Shown: positions 28,884 to 39,362 of the stretch, one piece after another
Layout: every line of letters starts with the position of its first letter
Numbering within the stretch: the stretch's first letter is position 1
Source of the DNA: Octopus vulgaris
Taxonomy: Eukaryota
Reading direction: 5' to 3'
DNA: 64,000 nt
Assembly (NCBI GenBank): GCA_951406725.2
Contig: OX597826.1
Span: 992,001-1,056,000, forward strand
The notes under the pieces: model-generated
What the model was told of the DNA's origin: nothing
The model's input: the letters and a program-made list of their open reading frames with translations, nothing else
Databases searched by the model: none
Made by a program: the position numbers and the translations under genes

Positions 28884-30718
28884 GTACCAGCACAGACACA
28901 CTACCTAAAGTGTATTAAAAAAGTGACAGAGTATTTCATATATGGTGATTTAGTGAGTCAGTGGCTGGGTAGACAGTGTTACTTGAGGAAGATTTAACTG
29001 CTATTTTTAGCAGGTGTGTTTCTTCTCTGTAAGCTTCATTATTCCTGCTGTCATAATTTAGTCTAACTAAACAGTAATGTGTGTGCATGTGTATTTGAAT
29101 GTGCTTGCATGTGTGTGTGTGTGTGTGTGTGTATGGCTGTGAGTGCGATTGAGTATGCACTTATGTGATCGTGTTGCTGTCTAAATACACGCGTGTACAA
29201 GAGAGTGTGGATGTTTGTGTATGTTTCTCTGTGCATGATTATTTGTCTGTGTGTATGTGTATGAGTGTGTGTGTGTATGCATATGTGTATTTATCTCTGT
29301 GTGTGTATGTAATCAGGTATGATCTCATGCAATTAATTTGCAGAATAAATTTATAAAACGTTTAAAAAAAACAAAAAACAGATAGCAAAGAGGTAACTTA
29401 CAGCTTCTCAACATCAGACCTTAGAAACATTAAAATCGGCATTTCTCTTCCATATGGACTTCTTCGAGTGTACTTTGGTAATTGTGTTAAGTCACTGGGA
29501 CCAAAAAAAAAAAAAATGTATTTAAAGAAGATTCCAAACCAAAATCTGTTTAATTACAAAATCAGATTCATTTTTATTATCATTGCCACCATTTAACGCC
29601 TGTTTTACCAATGTTGGGTTTGACAGGCGCTAGCAATACCAGGAGCTGCAATTATGATGATGATGATCATCATCATCATTTAACGTCTACTTTCCATGCT
29701 AGCATGGGTTGGATGACTTGACTGAGGACTGGCGAATCAGATGGCTGCACCAGGCTCCAATCTGATCTGGCAGAGTTTCTACAGCTGGATGCCCTTCCTA
29801 ATGCCAACCACTCCGGGAGTGTAGTGGGTGCTTTTACGTGCCACTGGCACAAGGACCAGTTAGGTGGTACTGGCAATGGCCATGCTCAAATGGTGTTTTT
29901 TACGTGTCACCTGCACAGGAGCCAGTCCAGTGGCATTGGCAATGAACTCGCTTGAATGTTTCTTCCACGTGCCACCGGCACACAAGTGCCACCGGCACAC
30001 AAGTGCCAGTAAAACGATGCTGGTAACAATCACACTTGAATTGTGCTTTTTACGTGCCACTGGCATGGAAGCCAGTTAGCTGCTCTGGCAACGATCAGGC
30101 TTGGATGGTGCTCTTAGCGTTCTATAATCTGTTTTGGCATGGTTTCTACAGCTCGATGCTTTTCCTAACGCCAACCACTTTACAGAGTATACTGGATGCT
30201 TTCCCCATGGCATCATCACCAGTACCATCATTTTAATGTCTGCTTTGCTATGCCTGCATGCATCAAATGAGACTTTGTTGGGGTAGAGTTTTCTATGGTC
30301 AGATATCTTTCCTGATTTGTTTCCAAGCAAAATAATACTCTCTTATTCTATTGAAAAACAAACAGCCTAGACATAGTTATTGGAAATAAATGATGTTCGT
30401 ATGATCCCTTTGTCTTACTTCTGTTTGTTTCAATCATTGGATGGCAGCCATGCTACAGCACCACCTTGAAAGGTTTATGGTTTTTAAATCTGATACTTAT
30501 TATATCGGTCTCTTTTTGCCGAGCCTGCCAAGAAAGGTGGTTCTAGGCTAATAGATGAAAGGTTACACTGTGAAAGAAGGGGACCACAGCAGGATAGGTT
30601 TCTTGCTGCAAAGGGGCCACATAATTATTCATATGATATGAATGGGAAATCCGTCGAAACTACACCTGATTATATATACACTTTAGATGAGTTGTAGTGC
30701 ACCTGAGCACTGTACACA

Positions 30719-30761
<43 letters not shown>

Positions 30762-32810
30762 ACCAGTATTGTTTAGAACAAAGTGGAAGACTTGAATGTA
30801 CAAAGAAGCTTATTCCTAGGTTTTATGTCCCTTTTTCTGTGCTACAGACATATATTACTGAGATAATATTTTACAGCCAGATGTCCTTCCAGATGCCAAT
30901 TTTTACTTCTTTTTCAAACATTCAAAGACTAAGTAACAGACAATTTGTTGAGAAGAGAAGCAACAAGAAGAGACATCTACACTCAACTTCCTTAAGGTGC
31001 AATTGTAAATAAACACACAACAGACTTCCTTCAGGTTCCATCTACCAAATCCACTTACAAGGTCTTGGTCAGTCAAGGGTGAAAGTAGAAGAAACTTATC
31101 CAAAGTGCCATGCAGTAGGACTGAACCCAAAGCCATGTGGTTTGGAAGAGAACTTCTTAACCACAAAACCATGCCTGCTCTCATATGTATATAAATAACA
31201 ACTTGAACAAGGAAAAAAAAACCCAACTTACTTTGGTGATAGAAGAAACTCATTCATGGCTCTAACAGGTAAGATGAAAACATTCCCCACATAACTGTAA
31301 TCAATGGATTTTTTCTTCTTTGCTGGGGTAACTGGAAAATAGAGAAATGCATAAATGGCTTCATTTATTCATTATATATTGGCCATAAAGACCTTACATA
31401 GAAGAGAAGCTACGGGTGGAATTTATTGGGGCAGATTTTTCTGTGACTAAGTGTCCTTCCTGCTGCCAACCCTTACCTGCTGTGTTACTCAAGAAGAAAT
31501 ATCCAAAAATTCATTCATCAATAACAGGCAGACCAAGTCCCAAATTCTGAGAGAAATCAATAAACGAATAACATTCAGGTTACGCAAAAATTGTGGCACC
31601 GGCTACAGAGTTCAACAGGCAACTTGTCCGACCAGTAGCTTAGGTTGTTCAATATATTGCAAAGTTTGGGATATTGCCAAGTTTCTAGGGCAGCAGGGAA
31701 CATTTTTCCTTTTTTTTTCCCCCCCTATTTTATAGCAATGTTCTAAGTGCAGGGAGGATTGTAAACTATTTAAGTAACAGCAAACTTCTATCTGGTTAAA
31801 TTTGTGCCTTGCATGTCCCTTAATATGTTCTCTGATCAATAATAAAGGTTGTGCCTTCATCAAGCGAGCTCATTAACAATTCAGCTCGTTAACAATTCAG
31901 CTAAGCAGATCCAATGTCCTTCTGTTTCTTTTTTACTCTTACATTCAGAAGTAAAGGGCAGTGCCCTTGGCCTTTTACAGGGCCTTCAACAATGGTTGGG
32001 GCAGAAGGAGACCAGGCAGAAAGTGAGGTGAATAGACAGAGACCGGTTAGAGAGAGAGAGAGAAAGAGGAAGACTGACAGGTAGAAAACGAGACAAACAG
32101 AAAGAGAGGCAGAGAGAGAATGAAGTGGAGAGAGAGAGTGTGAGGTGGATAGAGAGAGAGGAAGACTGATAGAGAAAAATGAGACAAATGGAGAGAGATA
32201 CAGAGATGAGAGAGAGAGAGAGAAATTGATAGATAGAAAGTGAGATCAATAGAGAATGATGCAGACAGAGAGGAAGAGACCAGAAAGGAAAAGAGAGATG
32301 GAGAAGAAAAGAGATAGAGAGAAAGTGATGCAGGAGGAGAGAGAGAGAGATAGTAGAGAGGGAGAGAGAGATAGACAGAAAATAAGACAAATAGAGAAAG
32401 TGAGGCAGACAGAGAGAGAGAGAGATAGTAGAGAGGGAGAGAGAGATAGTAGAGAGGGAGAGAGAGATAGAGAGGAAGAGTATAAACATAAAGTGAACAA
32501 GGTAGATGGAGTGAGAGTGTAAAAGAGAGACTGAGGGAGAGAGAAATGAGGAGTAGACAGAGGATCTAAGAAACATCAACAATCATCAAAGATGCAAGCA
32601 GTTTGAACTTCATCAACTTGGAATTACCTTTCAAGAGTCTCGTGGGTTTGGCAGCTGGAGTTGGATTCACAGATTCTGTTGTTTTCTTCTTGCTGCCAGG
32701 AGGATCTTCGTTAGACACAGACGAAAGACATCGGTAAAGCATTAACTGTCTACCAGCATTCACAATGAAGTTAGATGGTAACTGGAATATCGTGTCGTGT
32801 TTTCGACAGT
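2506..32810 (-). CDS. SLC30A9: Zinc transporter 9 (ZnT9 / SLC30A9), spliced and partial: 11 coding exons in window; gene continues left of position 1, first coding exon not securely placed
   Basis: Exons read by hand with AG/GT boundaries and consistent phases: 32810-32628, 31331-31232, 29494-29402, 27499-27414, 26742-26645, 25746-25676, 20665-20563, 18214-18159, 16186-16051, 14186-14147, 2577-2506. Spliced protein includes PVRAMNEFLLSPNDLTQLPKYTRRSPY..FLRSDVEKLAIKKWGS, GKVVVSAIFINAINTLVKLIAWLYTGSHSMFSECIHSLADTVNQ, KPDAVHPYGYRNLKNISSLISGVGIF, GTMVSEGATLIVAIAEVRKSSKAKNMKFWEY. These match ZnT9 motifs as I recall them (TM2 HxxxD zinc site, HPYG motif); no database search was run. Confidence 0.95.
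2649..6270. repeat. 47-bp minisatellite, about 75 sequenced units, interrupted by a 100-N gap (4357-4456)
   Basis: Unit CCACTTAAGACAGCTCATGGTTCCATAATAAATTGACCCTTTTGATA; period 47 (TTAAGACAGC at 2671, 2718, ...). Confidence 0.98.
6345..6720 (-). mobile_element. Two nested/tandem SINE copies of family C (Nin-domain-like)
   Basis: Reverse complement of GTCGACTTTGCCTTTCATCCTTTCGGGGTCGATAAA core seen in full copy 41874-42107. Confidence 0.75.
7487..8410 (-). mobile_element. Internally deleted Helitron remnant
   Basis: Minus strand starts TC after A and ends CTAG before T; carries decayed frames SPKKRSSIGRK / RRANESLHETSIRQLQNAACTATARAMENDEQ resembling Helitron RepHel N-termini (inference). Confidence 0.6.
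8898..9412. mobile_element. hAT-like MITE with internal ~165-bp duplication
   Basis: Ends CAGAAGTTCTCAAC ... GTTGAGAATCAC; 8900-9060 duplicated at 9066-9230. Confidence 0.6.
9495..10300 (+). mobile_element. Family B retro-element (RTE-tail-like SINE, (GAT)n tail) with internal ~160-bp triplication
   Basis: Core GGTTGGCGTTAGGAAGGGCATCCAGCTGTAGAAAC and ..GGACGTTAAACGATGATG tail; repeats start at 9571, 9736, 9895. Other copies ~18855-19050(-), 19862-20152(-), 29660-30110(-), 34440-34752(+), 48021-48280(+), 63520-63765(+). Confidence 0.85.
10577..11076. mobile_element. Old MITE with diverged ~110-bp inverted arms
   Basis: GGAATTTTGCATTAAG..GGAATTTTCAGAAA..CAGGAA vs TTCCTG..TTTCTGAAAATTCC..CTTAAAGCAAAATTCC. 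Confidence 0.55.
12860..13747 (+). mobile_element. Foldback derivative of a mariner element with decayed transposase N-terminus
   Basis: TIR GGTCTAATAAATAAGTATCC / GGATACTTATTGATCAGACC; HTH remnants QVYKWFRRFQDGR..RSGRP..ITIHELSEDVQI..SAKFVPKLL; right arm is an inverted copy of the 5' end (MTEKVEQRICTKFCQKLG). Confidence 0.88.
14147..14186 (-). CDS. SLC30A9: SLC30A9 exon (AIAALLGTMVSEG)
   Basis: tttacag / gtaagt, 40 nt, VSEG motif. Confidence 0.92.
15012..15335 (+). mobile_element. tRNA-derived SINE, family E (second copy 54895-55233, minus)
   Basis: GGCTCAGTGGTTAGAG..GGTTCGAATCCC boxes followed by GCAAGACACTTTATTTCA core. Confidence 0.8.
15639..15777. repeat. 39-bp tandem repeat, ~3.6 perfect copies
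   Basis: TGTAAGAGGTTTACTGCCTCACAATGGCTTTCTTGTAAA at 15639, 15678, 15717, 15756. Confidence 0.95.
16051..16186 (-). CDS. SLC30A9: SLC30A9 exon (YGYRNLKNISSLISGVGIFCFGTGLSVYHGIQGLLHPQEMEYLGW)
   Basis: ttttccaattag / gtgagt, 136 nt, SSLISGVGIF motif. Confidence 0.96.
18159..18214 (-). CDS. SLC30A9: SLC30A9 exon (VILGIGLYHSIKKPDAVHP)
   Basis: ttttcttatcccag / gtaagt, 56 nt. Confidence 0.93.
20563..20665 (-). CDS. SLC30A9: SLC30A9 exon (NAINTLVKLIAWLYTGSHSMFSECIHSLADTVNQ)
   Basis: tttcttttccag / CAG|gtagat, 103 nt, CDF signature region with HSLAD. Confidence 0.96.
22637..23034 (+). mobile_element. Non-autonomous Helitron
   Basis: A|TC 5' end, subterminal hairpin GCCCGAGCAACGCTGGGC, CTAG|T 3' end. 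Confidence 0.85.
23474..23684. mobile_element. mariner-type MITE
   Basis: TA|CGAGGGG..GCTGAAAAGTTCCTGGCTTT and AAAGCCAGGAACTTTTCAGC inverted ends. Confidence 0.7.
23996..24041 (+). ncRNA. Minimal type I hammerhead ribozyme motif (Penelope pLTR type), stem III decayed
   Basis: GACAC-CTGATGA-A-GGCTG(10-nt loop)CAGCC-GAAA-CAT-T-GTGTT; degenerate inverted copy at ~23737-23783. Confidence 0.65.
24431..24845 (+). mobile_element. Full-length tRNA-derived SINE, family A
   Basis: tRNA-like head, central TA/TG microsatellite, tail GTAAAAGAGTAAAAGAG; many partial copies (e.g. 42245-42548 minus). Confidence 0.88.
25676..25746 (-). CDS. SLC30A9: SLC30A9 exon (TPGPQPDKLWSSSSGKVVVSAIF)
   Basis: ttccttgtag / gtaagt, 71 nt, GKVV start of TM1. 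Confidence 0.92.
26645..26742 (-). CDS. SLC30A9: SLC30A9 exon (DLFQLKAAIENYKKQTGDSKKFELAEEQEEQQ)
   Basis: ttttttctgtag / CAG|gtaatc, 98 nt, phases fit. Confidence 0.85.
26877..27263 (-). mobile_element. Non-autonomous Helitron, same family as 22637-23034, opposite orientation
   Basis: Close reverse-complement match along ~390 bp; CTAG end at 26877. Confidence 0.85.
27414..27499 (-). CDS. SLC30A9: SLC30A9 exon (AIKKWGSLSNVTKEKQKIIQMERERFGR)
   Basis: tatttcag / gtaagt, 86 nt, WGS motif, phases fit neighbours. Confidence 0.9.
27555..28096 (-). mobile_element. Family D ~550-bp non-coding interspersed element in (ATT)n tracts (also 28731-28850, 38047-38512, 39362-39916)
   Basis: Four homologous copies beginning GAGTGAGAGAGCAGTGCATGCCATCAAAGTGACACTGGGG on +, all flanked by (ATT)n. 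Confidence 0.8.
28121..28500. repeat. Pure (GAA)n microsatellite, ~126 units
   Basis: 380 bp of uninterrupted AAG. Confidence 0.99.
29402..29494 (-). CDS. SLC30A9: SLC30A9 exon (DLTQLPKYTRRSPYGREMPILMFLRSDVEK)
   Basis: ttttggtcccag / gtaagt, 93 nt, RRSP..LRSDVE motif. Confidence 0.93.
31232..31331 (-). CDS. SLC30A9: SLC30A9 exon (TPAKKKKSIDYSYVGNVFILPVRAMNEFLLSP)
   Basis: tattttccag / gtaagt, 100 nt, VRAMNEF motif. Confidence 0.93.
32020..32565. repeat. GA-rich low-complexity tract
   Basis: Degenerate (GA)n polypurine run next to exon 32628. Confidence 0.9.
32628..32810 (-). CDS. SLC30A9: SLC30A9 exon, N-terminal/presequence region (DCRKHDTIFQLPSNFIVNAGRQLMLYRCLSSVSNEDPPGSKKKTTESVNPTPAAKPTRLLK)
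   Basis: Acceptor ttttcttctgcag, donor AG|gtaatt, 183 nt, phase 1-1, in frame with next exon; low sequence conservation. Confidence 0.75.
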
Positions 32811-34025
32811 CTGCAGAAGAAAAGCAAATATCAGGAAAAATTCTGAACAATGCAAATGCATTACAAAAATGGTGAGAATGTGTGTGTGTGTGTATTAACT
32901 ACTGGTGGGGACACCATATTCCGTTACGCAACTATAATAGAGGAGCAAAACACTCCCCCACCCCGTCCAATGGACAGTGTTGACTTATCAAACATTTAAA
33001 CCAAATTTTCTCAAAACAACTTGTCTGTCTGTCCCCTAGGCCTCCCCTTTGAGAAACACTGATTTAACCGAAATTTGAGACACCAGCAAAAGAAGAAATA
33101 AATATAGACTTTTTTCTATTCCAAAGAAAAACGATTTTATTCACACAAATATGCAACCAAAGAGTTTAAAGTACCAGTAATGATAAAGCTGTTGACTGGG
33201 AGAACACAAACATGGTTTAAACAGTAGGCTTGGCAGGAAAGAAACGTGCCTTTAAGCAGTACAAAAACAACAAAAAATGGAAGGTGCAGTTATGTACAGG
33301 TTGACGGAAAAAAAGCAGGATAAAAACAGCTTTATCAATCGCATTCTCACCTGGAATCGATTTTTGTCATTTTTTTCAAGACTTATACATGCCCTGATAC
33401 TGTCGGTATCTACATATCAAATTTGAGCGCAATCGGATGGAGGATGCCCGAGATCCTAGAAGACAGACAGACAGACAGAATTGATTTTATATAAGAGATT
33501 ACCAAGTATATTAAAGGTTTTATAAGTCATGACTGTGTCCTGTCACTTTTAAGTTTAATTCTATAGATTTTCTATAGAAATTAGAGCCAGCACTGAAAGT
33601 TCCGACGTTTCGTAAATAAATACATCCATATAAACAATGTGATCAAATATCGAATAATAGGTAAGAGGTGTATAGGAATATTTCAGGAGATCGTGCTCCT
33701 TCTTCATTAACCATCCATTAGGGGTAGGCATGGCTGGCTGGTTAAGATGCTTGCTTCCCAGCCACATAGTTTCAGGTTCAGCTCCACTACACGACACCTG
33801 GGGCAAGTGTTTTCTGCTATAGCCTCCGGTTGACCATAGCCTTGTCAGTGAATTTTGTAGGCAGCAGTTACCATCATGTGTATCAGTACTTGTGCTCCCC
33901 AACAGAAAGTGACTATATTGCTTAAATAGTCACTAAACTTAGTGGTGTTACACAGTCGGAGATACCAATTTTACAAATTAAACATATTCCTGGCAACCTG
34001 TAAGCATATATTAATTGCTGGTCAA

Positions 34026-34078
<53 letters not shown>

Positions 34079-34079
34079 T

Positions 34080-34310
34080 AGACGTTTGCGTTGGTATGGT
34101 CATGTATTTCAGATGGATGAGGAGAGATGTGTGAAGAAGTGCCACTCCTAAACAGTTGAAGGAATCCGGGGTAGAGGTAGACCCAGGAAGACATGGGATG
34201 AGGTGGTCAAGCGTAACCTTCGAATGTTGGGCCTCACAGAGGCAATGACAAAAGACCAAAACCTCTGGAGATATGCTGTGACTGTGAAGACCCGACAAAT
34301 GAAGGGAGTT
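34080..34310 (+). mobile_element. RTE-type LINE 3' fragment (similar fragment 21200-21380)
   Basis: RRLRWYGHVFQMDEERCVKKCH..RGRGRPRKTWDEVV post-RT motif, running directly into a family B tail. Confidence 0.8.
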
Positions 34311-35404
34311 CATGGTTCACAGGACGGCCTGCTGTGCTTACCTTAGATTGTAGGGTGACCTGCTGTGCTTGAGGAGACCTATTGAGTCAGGTATATCAAC
34401 ACCAAAAAATCAAATGGAAATTCTAGTTGTGATATCTGTGCTGGTGGCATGTAAAAAAACATCATCCAAACGTGACCGATGCCAGCACTGCCTTGACTGG
34501 CGTCCGTGCTGGTTGCCCGTAACAAGCACCAACCGATCGTGGACGTTGCCAGCCTCCACTGGCCCCTGTGCTGGTGGCACGTAAAAAGTGCCCACTACAC
34601 TCACTAAGTGGTTGGCGTTAGGAAGGGCATCCAGCTGTAGAAACACTGCCAGATCAGACTGGAGCCTGGTGCGGCCTCCTGGCTTCCCAGACCCCGGTCG
34701 AACCGTCCAACCCATGCTAGCATGGAAAACGGACGTTAAACGATGATGATGATATATATGTGTGTGTATATATATATATATATATATACATACATATATA
34801 AACATCATTACTACCATTATTATCTAACATCTACTTTTCTAAGCTAGCATAGGTTAGATGGAATTTATTGGGGCAGATTTTTCGGTGACTAAATGTCCTT
34901 TCTGCTGCCAACCCTCACCTGCTTCTTCCAAGCAAGGTAATGTCTTGCTACAGCTAGACATGTTTCCCACACAAAACTGGAAATGAACAACCCTGCTTGT
35001 AAGATCGTGATGCTCAGTTGCAATCATTACATGATGTCTAGACAAGGGTACACACATACACAAAGGTGTATACGTATGTATACACAACAGGCTTCTTTCA
35101 GTTTCCTTCTACTAAATTCACTCACAAGGCTTTGGTCGGCCTAGAACTCTAGTAGAAGACAGTTGCCCGAGGTGCTGTGCAGTGGGAGTGAACCTAAGAT
35201 AACATGGGAAAGCGTGCTTTCCATCCACAAAACCTCGCTTGTGTTTGTGTTTGTGTGTGTGTGTGTGTTATTGTGTCTGGGAGAGTCATTCTCTTTTAGT
35301 GCCTTATTATTTAACACACTCACCGATTCAATTTCCACTCATTTACTTACCTTTTCTAAAAATTTTTGCTGCGTCTTGCAACCTTTTCAATAGTCGTTGA
35401 TGAA

Positions 35405-35435
<31 letters not shown>

Positions 35436-36133
35436 ATTGTTCCAATCAATACAAGTCGGATGATCAAAAACAGTGAGCGATATCTTTTAATTTCCACAGC
35501 ATTTGAACGTGAGCTGCTAAGAGTTTTATGGCATGGAAACACGATAATCTAGCAGATTCATATGGACGTGCCGTGTGTTTCTAAGCCATCCTCCGGTCCC
35601 GGTGTACCTGGTAAGTCCTATTTGTTAATACCAGAATGCTGGTCTGTGAGAAAACTCGAAAAAATAGAGAGAGGAGATTGACGCAAAAAAGTGCAACGAA
35701 AAAGTCGAAGTGGAATAAAAAAGAAAAGGAAAGAAAGCCAAGAGTTGCGTCCCCTTTGACCGTAGAAGTCAGAATCAATCTCGCTGGACAATTTTCTTCT
35801 GTCGATTGTGCAGCTGTCTCGCAGACTTTGGCTGAGGTTAATTATGATATCTACGGACGAAGGAGACACAACTTTTGGTTTTCTTCCTTTTCTTTCCAAT
35901 TTTATTCTCCCTTTGTCTTCTCATTCCACATTTTTTTTTTTACATTAACTTTTTTTTTCCTCGTGTTATCTCCAAGACCAGATTCCTGGTTTTAACAAAG
36001 GACTTTACCATTTGCACTGAACCTCAATGATTGCTTGGAAGCACAAGGCATGACAAATAAATCCGCCGCATTATCCTGTTTCCATGGCAATAGTAGCTCT
36101 TATTTAAATACTGTGTATATTAAATTATATATA

Positions 36134-36589
36134 CCGTAAATCTTCGAGTATAGTCCACCCTTGAGTATAATACGCAGGGGATTTTTAAGGGAGCTGTATC
36201 TCTGAAAAACCTAAACCTTTTGTATAATACGCACTCCTTCTCTAACTTGAGTCAAGGAGGTCTATATAACGTCCTTGGTTTGTAAAACTGTATACGTTAA
36301 CGTCCTTTATTATTATTGTATATATAACATAATGCAAGCGTGTTGCTTTTTTGTGCATTTTGTTTGCAGAAAATAACGAAGTAACAGTAATAACTTTTAA
36401 TAAATGATGCTTACTGCAAGTTATGGATGATTCTTTTACGACTTCATTGCTTTCAGGCTTAGCTTAAGGTATTTTCGCGCCCGACATCACAAAATGCGTT
36501 GGAATAAACATTGCCAGACAGCAAATAGAGACTCGGACATTGGTTAGGAAATAATTTTCATTTTTCGGATTATACTCGAGGATTTACGG
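36134..36589. mobile_element. Tc1/pogo-superfamily MITE
   Basis: TA|CCGTAAATCTTCGAGTATAGTCC ... GGATTATACTCGAGGATTTACGG|TA. Confidence 0.85.
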
Positions 36590-38774
36590 TATACATTTGT
36601 CTTGATATAAAGTAATTAAATCCCAAACAGACTTGTGTAAAGCTATCAACAGAATTTATAAAAGTCTAATTAATGAAATGAATTCTTTGTGTGCTCTTTT
36701 AAGCATCACATTTAAGGATCTACATCCAGCCCCACACTGAACTGTTCTCACTGAATAGCAAGGATCATGTGATTATGAGGGCTGGATCATATGATACAGA
36801 AGATATGTAAAACTTTCTACAGGAAGAATGTTAAGTCTCTTCCTTCTTATTGTGTATTGTTATCAGTTTTCAAACTCATAATTAATTAGGTTTAGATTAG
36901 TTTTCAAAACACTCTGAAGATGGAGATATCAACTGCACCCGATACAACGACCTCCACCCAGTCCCACCCTGAACTCCTGTTCTCACTGAATAACAAGAAT
37001 CATAGGATTATGAGGACTGGATCATATGACACAGTAAATATGTAAGACTACCCACAGCAAGAATGTTAAGTCTCTGCCTTCTTTTTACAGATTATCTGAC
37101 TGTCAATTGGACTTGGATTAGTTTTTAAAACACGCTGGAGATGGAGATATTAATTTCACTGATAGAAGCTGACTGCAAGAGTTATAAAAGGCTCGTGCAC
37201 TCGCTGTAAAAGCCAAATGCACTTGCTGTAGCCCAGACACATTTGAATTCAGCAATGATAGGGTGCAACCGATCACTGTTGTAACGAGGACACTTATGGT
37301 AAACTAACACAGAACGTAGCCTTTGCACCCAAACAACGGATTTTCGTTTGTGTCTACTATCATGGATGCACCAGGCTGCATAACAGATTTGTACCAAAGA
37401 CTGGAGATGCTGAGGTTTTCTTTTTTATCAAGAAGGAACACTTAATTAACCCTTTAGCATTCAAATTAGTGAAATGTTATATTCATTCATTCAAAGTGTT
37501 TTGAATTAACGATGCATTATCTTAGAGTTTTCAGATCTTGATGCTGTGATTGTTTATTTTTAGAATGACATTGTAGTGTAGGTATAAGAGGCCAGATATG
37601 GCCAGTCTGAACATAAAACAGGTAGAATATTTTGACTAGATATGGCTGGTTTAAATACTAAAAGGTGAAACTCACATCAGCTAAATCCAATGGATTAGTA
37701 GTTTAGTGAAGATTTCTAAAATATTCCAGTGAGACACCATTTGAGTTTCCTGGAATAAATCCTTTATTAAATCCACAGAGATAGATGGTCTCATTTCACT
37801 GTCTCTCCCAAGAACTGGCAGAATTGTTAACACACCAGACGAAATGCTAAGTAATATTTTATCCATTTTTATGTTCTAATTTCAATTTTCACCATAGTCA
37901 ACTTCGCCTTTCATATTTGGAGGGGGGGTCAATGAAATGAGGCACCAGTTGAGCACTGGCATCGATGGAATGAACTTTCCCCTCCCCAAAATTTCAGGCC
38001 TTGTGCCTATAGAAGAAATTATTATTATTATTATTATTATTATTATTGAGTGAGAGAGCAGTGCATGCCATCAAAGTGACACTGGGGTAAAATATACGAA
38101 GCCCAATATACCCATCATGACTACCCATTCAATTAAATGTACACTAGGCACATGCATCACAACCACATGTGTGCAACATGCTGGTCTCATATCAAGATTA
38201 ACAGCACATGACCTTGCAGGTGGGACCCAGTTAGAATTTCCTTCAAGTCAAGTAACCTATCCCACTGAAAAGGACACTGAATAAGGGTTGTTTAAGGATG
38301 TTGAACAAAACACCCATGTTTCCAAAGGTAAATTATCCAAACCCCAAAGAATTCCTCTCGACACATGAGGCTCCCTATGATGTTCCCCGACTACTTCTGC
38401 ACGTGATCAGAGATGCACATATCGTTAGTCACAACATGCTCAACTGGTTACGGTCAAACAACTGACAAGCAAATCTGCAGTATTAAGCAGAATATTTGCT
38501 GTAGCCCATCTTTTATTATTATTATTATTATCATTTAAGGTGGTCAGCTGGCAGAGTTGTTAGCACGCCAGGCAAAATACTTCACAGCATTTCATCCATC
38601 TTTACATTCTGAGTTCAAATTCCGCTGAGTTTAACTTTACCTTTCATCCTTTTGGGGTCAATAAAGTACCAGTTGGGCACTGGGGTTGATGCTAGTGACT
38701 TACCCCTTCCTACAAAATTAATGGCTTTGAGCTGAAATCTGAAACTGTTATTATCATCCTCATTATTATTATTG

Positions 38775-39120
38775 GTGGTGGTCGCAGACAACTGCCTCTC
38801 CATTTCAAGGATGGGGTGAAAACATGAGATGAAGGCCATGAATAATGAATACCAAAAGAACCTGGCAAAAGACTGTTCCTGCTGGAGACAGACGCTGAGT
38901 ACCGCCCTGAGTGATGGAGAAGATAAGATACGTCAGACAGCAGAGGACAGACAGAGACGCAGGAAGAGCAAACCACCAACAAACGACCAACTACATTTGT
39001 GACCGTTGCAGCCATGACTGTCACTCACGCATTGGCCTTGTCAGTCACAAACGATGCTGCAACACCAATCCAATCCAAGGCGTAGATCTGTAGTCTTTCG
39101 AGACTATCGGATGCCAATCA
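38775..39120 (+). mobile_element. RTE LINE 3' end fragment
   Basis: C-terminal C2H2-like motif YICDRCSHDCHSRIGLVSHKR. Confidence 0.8.
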
Positions 39121-39331
39121 GTAGTAAAGTGGTAAGCTGGCAGAATCGTTAGCATACTGGACAGAATTTCATCCATCATTTCTTTGTGAGTTCAAATTCT
39201 GCCAAGGTTCACTTTGCCTTTCTTCCTTTCAGGGTCAATGACTTAAATACCAGTTGAGCACTGGGGTTAATGTACTTGATTAGCACCCTCCACCCAAAAA
39301 TTTCAAACTTTGTACCTTTCGTAGAAAGGAC

Positions 39332-39362
<31 letters not shown>

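Noticed and set aside
37677-37749. Minus-strand exon-like segment with AG/GT borders
   Set aside because: Stops in all three frames; could be UTR but unsupported
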